64,000 bases of DNA from an uncultured Clostridia bacterium (lineage in GTDB: Bacteria > Bacillota > Clostridia > Christensenellales > UBA1242), in assembly GCA_944381185.1 (NCBI GenBank), contig CALWKE010000002.1, positions 2,050 through 66,049 on the forward strand. Direction: 5' to 3'. Positions within the stretch are counted from its first letter, which is position 1; each line of letters begins with the position of its first letter. Made by a program: the position numbers and the translations under genes. The notes beneath the pieces are model-generated. The model did not search any database. It had not been told where the DNA came from and saw only the letters and a program-made list of their open reading frames with translations. Below are positions 61,899 through 64,000 of this stretch, in pieces.

Positions 61899-62357
61899 AT
61901 GTCTAAAATATCAGAAGAAGTTGAAAAATTTTTAACCCCAATAGTTGAAAGCCTTGGTTGTGAAATTGTTGAAGTTGAGTTTGCTCATAAACACGATGGT
62001 GACAATTTGACTGTGTTTATTGACAAAAAGGGTGGAGTTACCATTGATGATTGTGAAAAGGTGCACAAGGCCATTGATGAGCCACTTGATGAACTTAATC
62101 CAACTAACGACAAACCATACACACTTAATGTTTCAAGCCCGGGAATTGATAGACCAATTATTACAGATAAAGATTTCACAAGAAATTTGGGCGAACTTTT
62201 AGAGGTTAGACTTTTTCAAGCCATTCAAAAGAAAAAAATATATATTGGAAATCTTATGGAATTCAATTCAGAAACAATTAAACTTGATACGGGCGATGAA
62301 ATTGTTTCAATTGACCGAAAGTTGATTTCAAAGGCAACAAAATATATTGAAATTTAG
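61899..62357 (+). CDS. rimP: ribosome maturation factor RimP
   Basis: ..VEKFLTPIVESLGCEIVEVEF.., ..LTVFIDKKGGVTIDDCEKV.. and ..YTLNVSSPGIDRPI.. are RimP blocks. Confidence 0.93.
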   Translation: MSKISEEVEKFLTPIVESLGCEIVEVEFAHKHDGDNLTVFIDKKGGVTIDDCEKVHKAIDEPLDELNPTNDKPYTLNVSSPGIDRPIITDKDFTRNLGELLEVRLFQAIQKKKIYIGNLMEFNSETIKLDTGDEIVSIDRKLISKATKYIEI

Positions 62358-62366
62358 GAGAATATT

Positions 62367-63494
62367 ATGACAAATAAAGATTTTTTCTTGGCACTTGATG
62401 CCTTGGAACAAGAAAAAAATATCAGTAAAGAGTATTTTCTTGATGCTCTTCAAACAGCACTTGCAACAGCGTATAGACGAAATTTTGATTGTGTTAAACC
62501 AGTGCAGGTTGAACTTAAACCAGAAAAATATTCAATAGATATCTATGCGTATCAAACAGTTGTTGATGAAGTTACTGACCCAAATGCAGAAATTTCACTT
62601 GCTGATGCAAAACTTATCAAAAAGACTGCAAAGATTGGTGACAGAATAAAAGAACCTCTTTCACCAAAAGATTTTGGTAGAATTGCTGCAGGAACGGCAA
62701 AACAAGTTATAACTCAAAAACTTCGTGAAAAAGAAAAGAGTTCTGCTTATGGCGAATTTGAGAGCAAAGTTGACACTCTTATGACAGGTATTGTTAACAG
62801 AGTTGATGCAGGCACTGTTTATATTGAATTTCCGGGCACTAACATTGAAGGTGTTATGATGGAATATGACCAAATTGCTGGCGAAAAATATAACACTGGA
62901 GACAGAATTAAAGTTTATGTTAAAAAACTTCGTGAAACAGCTTATGGTGTTCAAGCAATTGTTTCAAGGTCAAATGCTGGTTTTGTTAAAAAACTCTTTG
63001 AACTTGAAGTTCCTGAAATTCAAGATGGTGTTGTTGAAATTGTGAATGTTGTTCGTGAAGTTGGATATCGAACAAAAATTGCTATCAATTCAAAAGACCC
63101 TAATGTTGATGCTCTTGGTGCATGTGTTGGACCTAAAGGTGTGAGAGTTAATTCAATCGTTTACAGTTTAGGCGGAGAAAAAATTGATATTATTGTTTGG
63201 TCAGATGACCCATTTGAATATATTGCAAGGGCACTTTCACCAGCAAAAGTTATTTCGGTTGAAATTGATGAAATCACAAAATCTGCAAGGGTTATTGTTC
63301 CTGATGACAAACTTTCACTTGCAATTGGCAAAGGCGGACAAAATGTAAGGCTTGCAGCAAAACTTACTGGCTGGAAGATTGATGTTAAAAGTGAAAGCAA
63401 GGCTGCAGAAGAAAATAATATTTCAGCAAATCACACAGATGTTGATGATATTGGTGGAATATTCAGTGGAACTGAAGATATTAATCTTGATTAA
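62367..63494 (+). CDS. nusA: transcription termination/antitermination factor NusA
   Basis: N-terminal domain, S1 (..GIVNRVDAGTVYIEF..) and two KH domains (..GACVGPKGVRV.., ..AIGKGGQNVRLA..). 375 aa. Confidence 0.96.
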   Translation: MTNKDFFLALDALEQEKNISKEYFLDALQTALATAYRRNFDCVKPVQVELKPEKYSIDIYAYQTVVDEVTDPNAEISLADAKLIKKTAKIGDRIKEPLSPKDFGRIAAGTAKQVITQKLREKEKSSAYGEFESKVDTLMTGIVNRVDAGTVYIEFPGTNIEGVMMEYDQIAGEKYNTGDRIKVYVKKLRETAYGVQAIVSRSNAGFVKKLFELEVPEIQDGVVEIVNVVREVGYRTKIAINSKDPNVDALGACVGPKGVRVNSIVYSLGGEKIDIIVWSDDPFEYIARALSPAKVISVEIDEITKSARVIVPDDKLSLAIGKGGQNVRLAAKLTGWKIDVKSESKAAEENNISANHTDVDDIGGIFSGTEDINLD

Positions 63495-63505
63495 TAGAGG
63501 TAGAT

Positions 63506-63769
63506 ATGCCAAAGATTGAACCTGTTAGAACATGTGTTGCTTGTCGAAATAAAGGCACAAAAGAGAACTTTTTTAAAGTTGTTATGAACAAAAACGGCGA
63601 AGTTTTGGTTGAAACAACAAAAAAGTTAGATGGTCGTGGTGCTTATGTTTGCAAAAATCAAGAGTGCTTGAATCTTTGCAAAAAAAAGCGTATACTAAAT
63701 AGGGTATTTAAAAGAGAAGTGCCAGAAAATGTTTATGAGGAACTTTTAAGTGAATTTAACAAACAATAA
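63506..63769 (+). CDS. ylxR: YlxR (RnpM/DUF448) family RNA-binding protein
   Basis: ..PVRTCVACRNKGTKENFFKVV.. and ..GRGAYVC.. motifs. Conserved position after nusA. Confidence 0.9.
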   Translation: MPKIEPVRTCVACRNKGTKENFFKVVMNKNGEVLVETTKKLDGRGAYVCKNQECLNLCKKKRILNRVFKREVPENVYEELLSEFNKQ

Positions 63770-64000
63770 TAAATTAAAATCATATCTGGGGTTTGCAATA
63801 AAATCAAGAAGTATCGTTTTTGGCATAGAAAACATAGCAAAGGCAAAGCAAATAAAACTTGTTCTAATCTCAAACAAACTAACACAATCAGGAAAAAATA
63901 AAATTTTAAATTTATGCGAAAAGAAAAATTTAAAACATATTAATATTGATGAAGAGTTGTTTGATGAGATTATTCAAAAATCAGGTATAAAAATTATGGC
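63750..64000 (+). CDS. ylxQ: L7Ae-family RNA-binding protein YlxQ-like (3' end outside window)
   Basis: Not in the ORF track because there is no stop within the window. GTG 63750 overlaps the ylxR end. Hand translation MNLTNNNKLKSYLGFAIKSRSIVFGIENIAKAKQIKLVLISNKLTQSGKNKILNLCEKKNL.. matches the YlxQ/L7Ae pattern. Confidence 0.65.
   Translation, partial: MNLTNNNKLKSYLGFAIKSRSIVFGIENIAKAKQIKLVLISNKLTQSGKNKILNLCEKKNLKHINIDEELFDEIIQKSGIKIM

Noticed and set aside
1-64000. Alternative genetic code (TGA=Trp, as in Mycoplasma/Spiroplasma), given the Mollicutes-like composition
   Set aside because: TGA terminates conserved genes at the expected length, including alr, the ABC ATPase and the KH-neighbour genes. 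All conserved ORFs are intact under code 11, with no in-frame TGA needed.
1-64000. Search for CRISPR arrays, IS elements, integrases, prophage or toxin-antitoxin/defence modules
   Set aside because: I saw no spaced direct repeats, no transposase, recombinase or phage-like ORFs, and no terminal inverted repeats. The only tandem repeat is intragenic (33560-34145). The isolated tRNA-Lys has no adjacent integrase or direct-repeat scar that I could see.

Overview
AT-rich (about one-third G+C by eye, not computed) core chromosomal segment of a low-GC Gram-positive bacterium (Bacillota). Gene order is Bacillus-like but gene content looks reduced, suggesting a Mollicutes-like or uncultured Bacilli lineage. 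The standard code applies: TGA terminates conserved genes and none needs TGA=Trp. I call about 75 protein genes and one tRNA-Lys(CUU). I saw no rRNA, CRISPR array, transposase, integrase or phage genes. Roughly 1-13.5 kb is accessory-looking: an ABC-2 exporter, TetR/MarR/XRE regulators, two DegV proteins, NUDIX, SDR, MscL, lipoproteins and orphan membrane proteins. From 14 kb on almost everything is co-oriented on the + strand in classic housekeeping blocks: metG-alr-rsmD; ylbJ/tmcAL; pta-ackA; rpmF; plsX-rnc-smc-ftsY-ylxM-ffh-rpsP-KH; aspS; rimM-trmD-rbgA-rnhB-yraN-rplS; comM-dprA-topA-trmFO-hslVU; trx; nifS/nifU-like; ruvX; rpsB-tsf-frr-uppS-cdsA-rseP; rimP-nusA-ylxR-ylxQ. Observations most worth a second look: (1) a NifS/NifU-like pair in which the PLP lysine, the catalytic cysteine and all three scaffold cysteines are substituted although both ORFs are intact; (2) a minus-strand two-gene cassette of mTERF-like ~38-aa helical-repeat proteins wedged into the rpsP...rimM cluster; (3) a 539-aa protein made of PolC-like N-terminal, OB and exonuclease modules sitting exactly where polC normally lies; (4) a MetRS whose HIGH signature reads TLGN; (5) a protein with three RNA polymerase alpha-CTD-like modules; (6) alr with no canonical start codon upstream of its catalytic lysine. 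CDS coordinates come from the ORF track, with internal starts derived by residue offset. Hand-counted coordinates of promoters, terminators and hairpins may be off by 1-2 nt.
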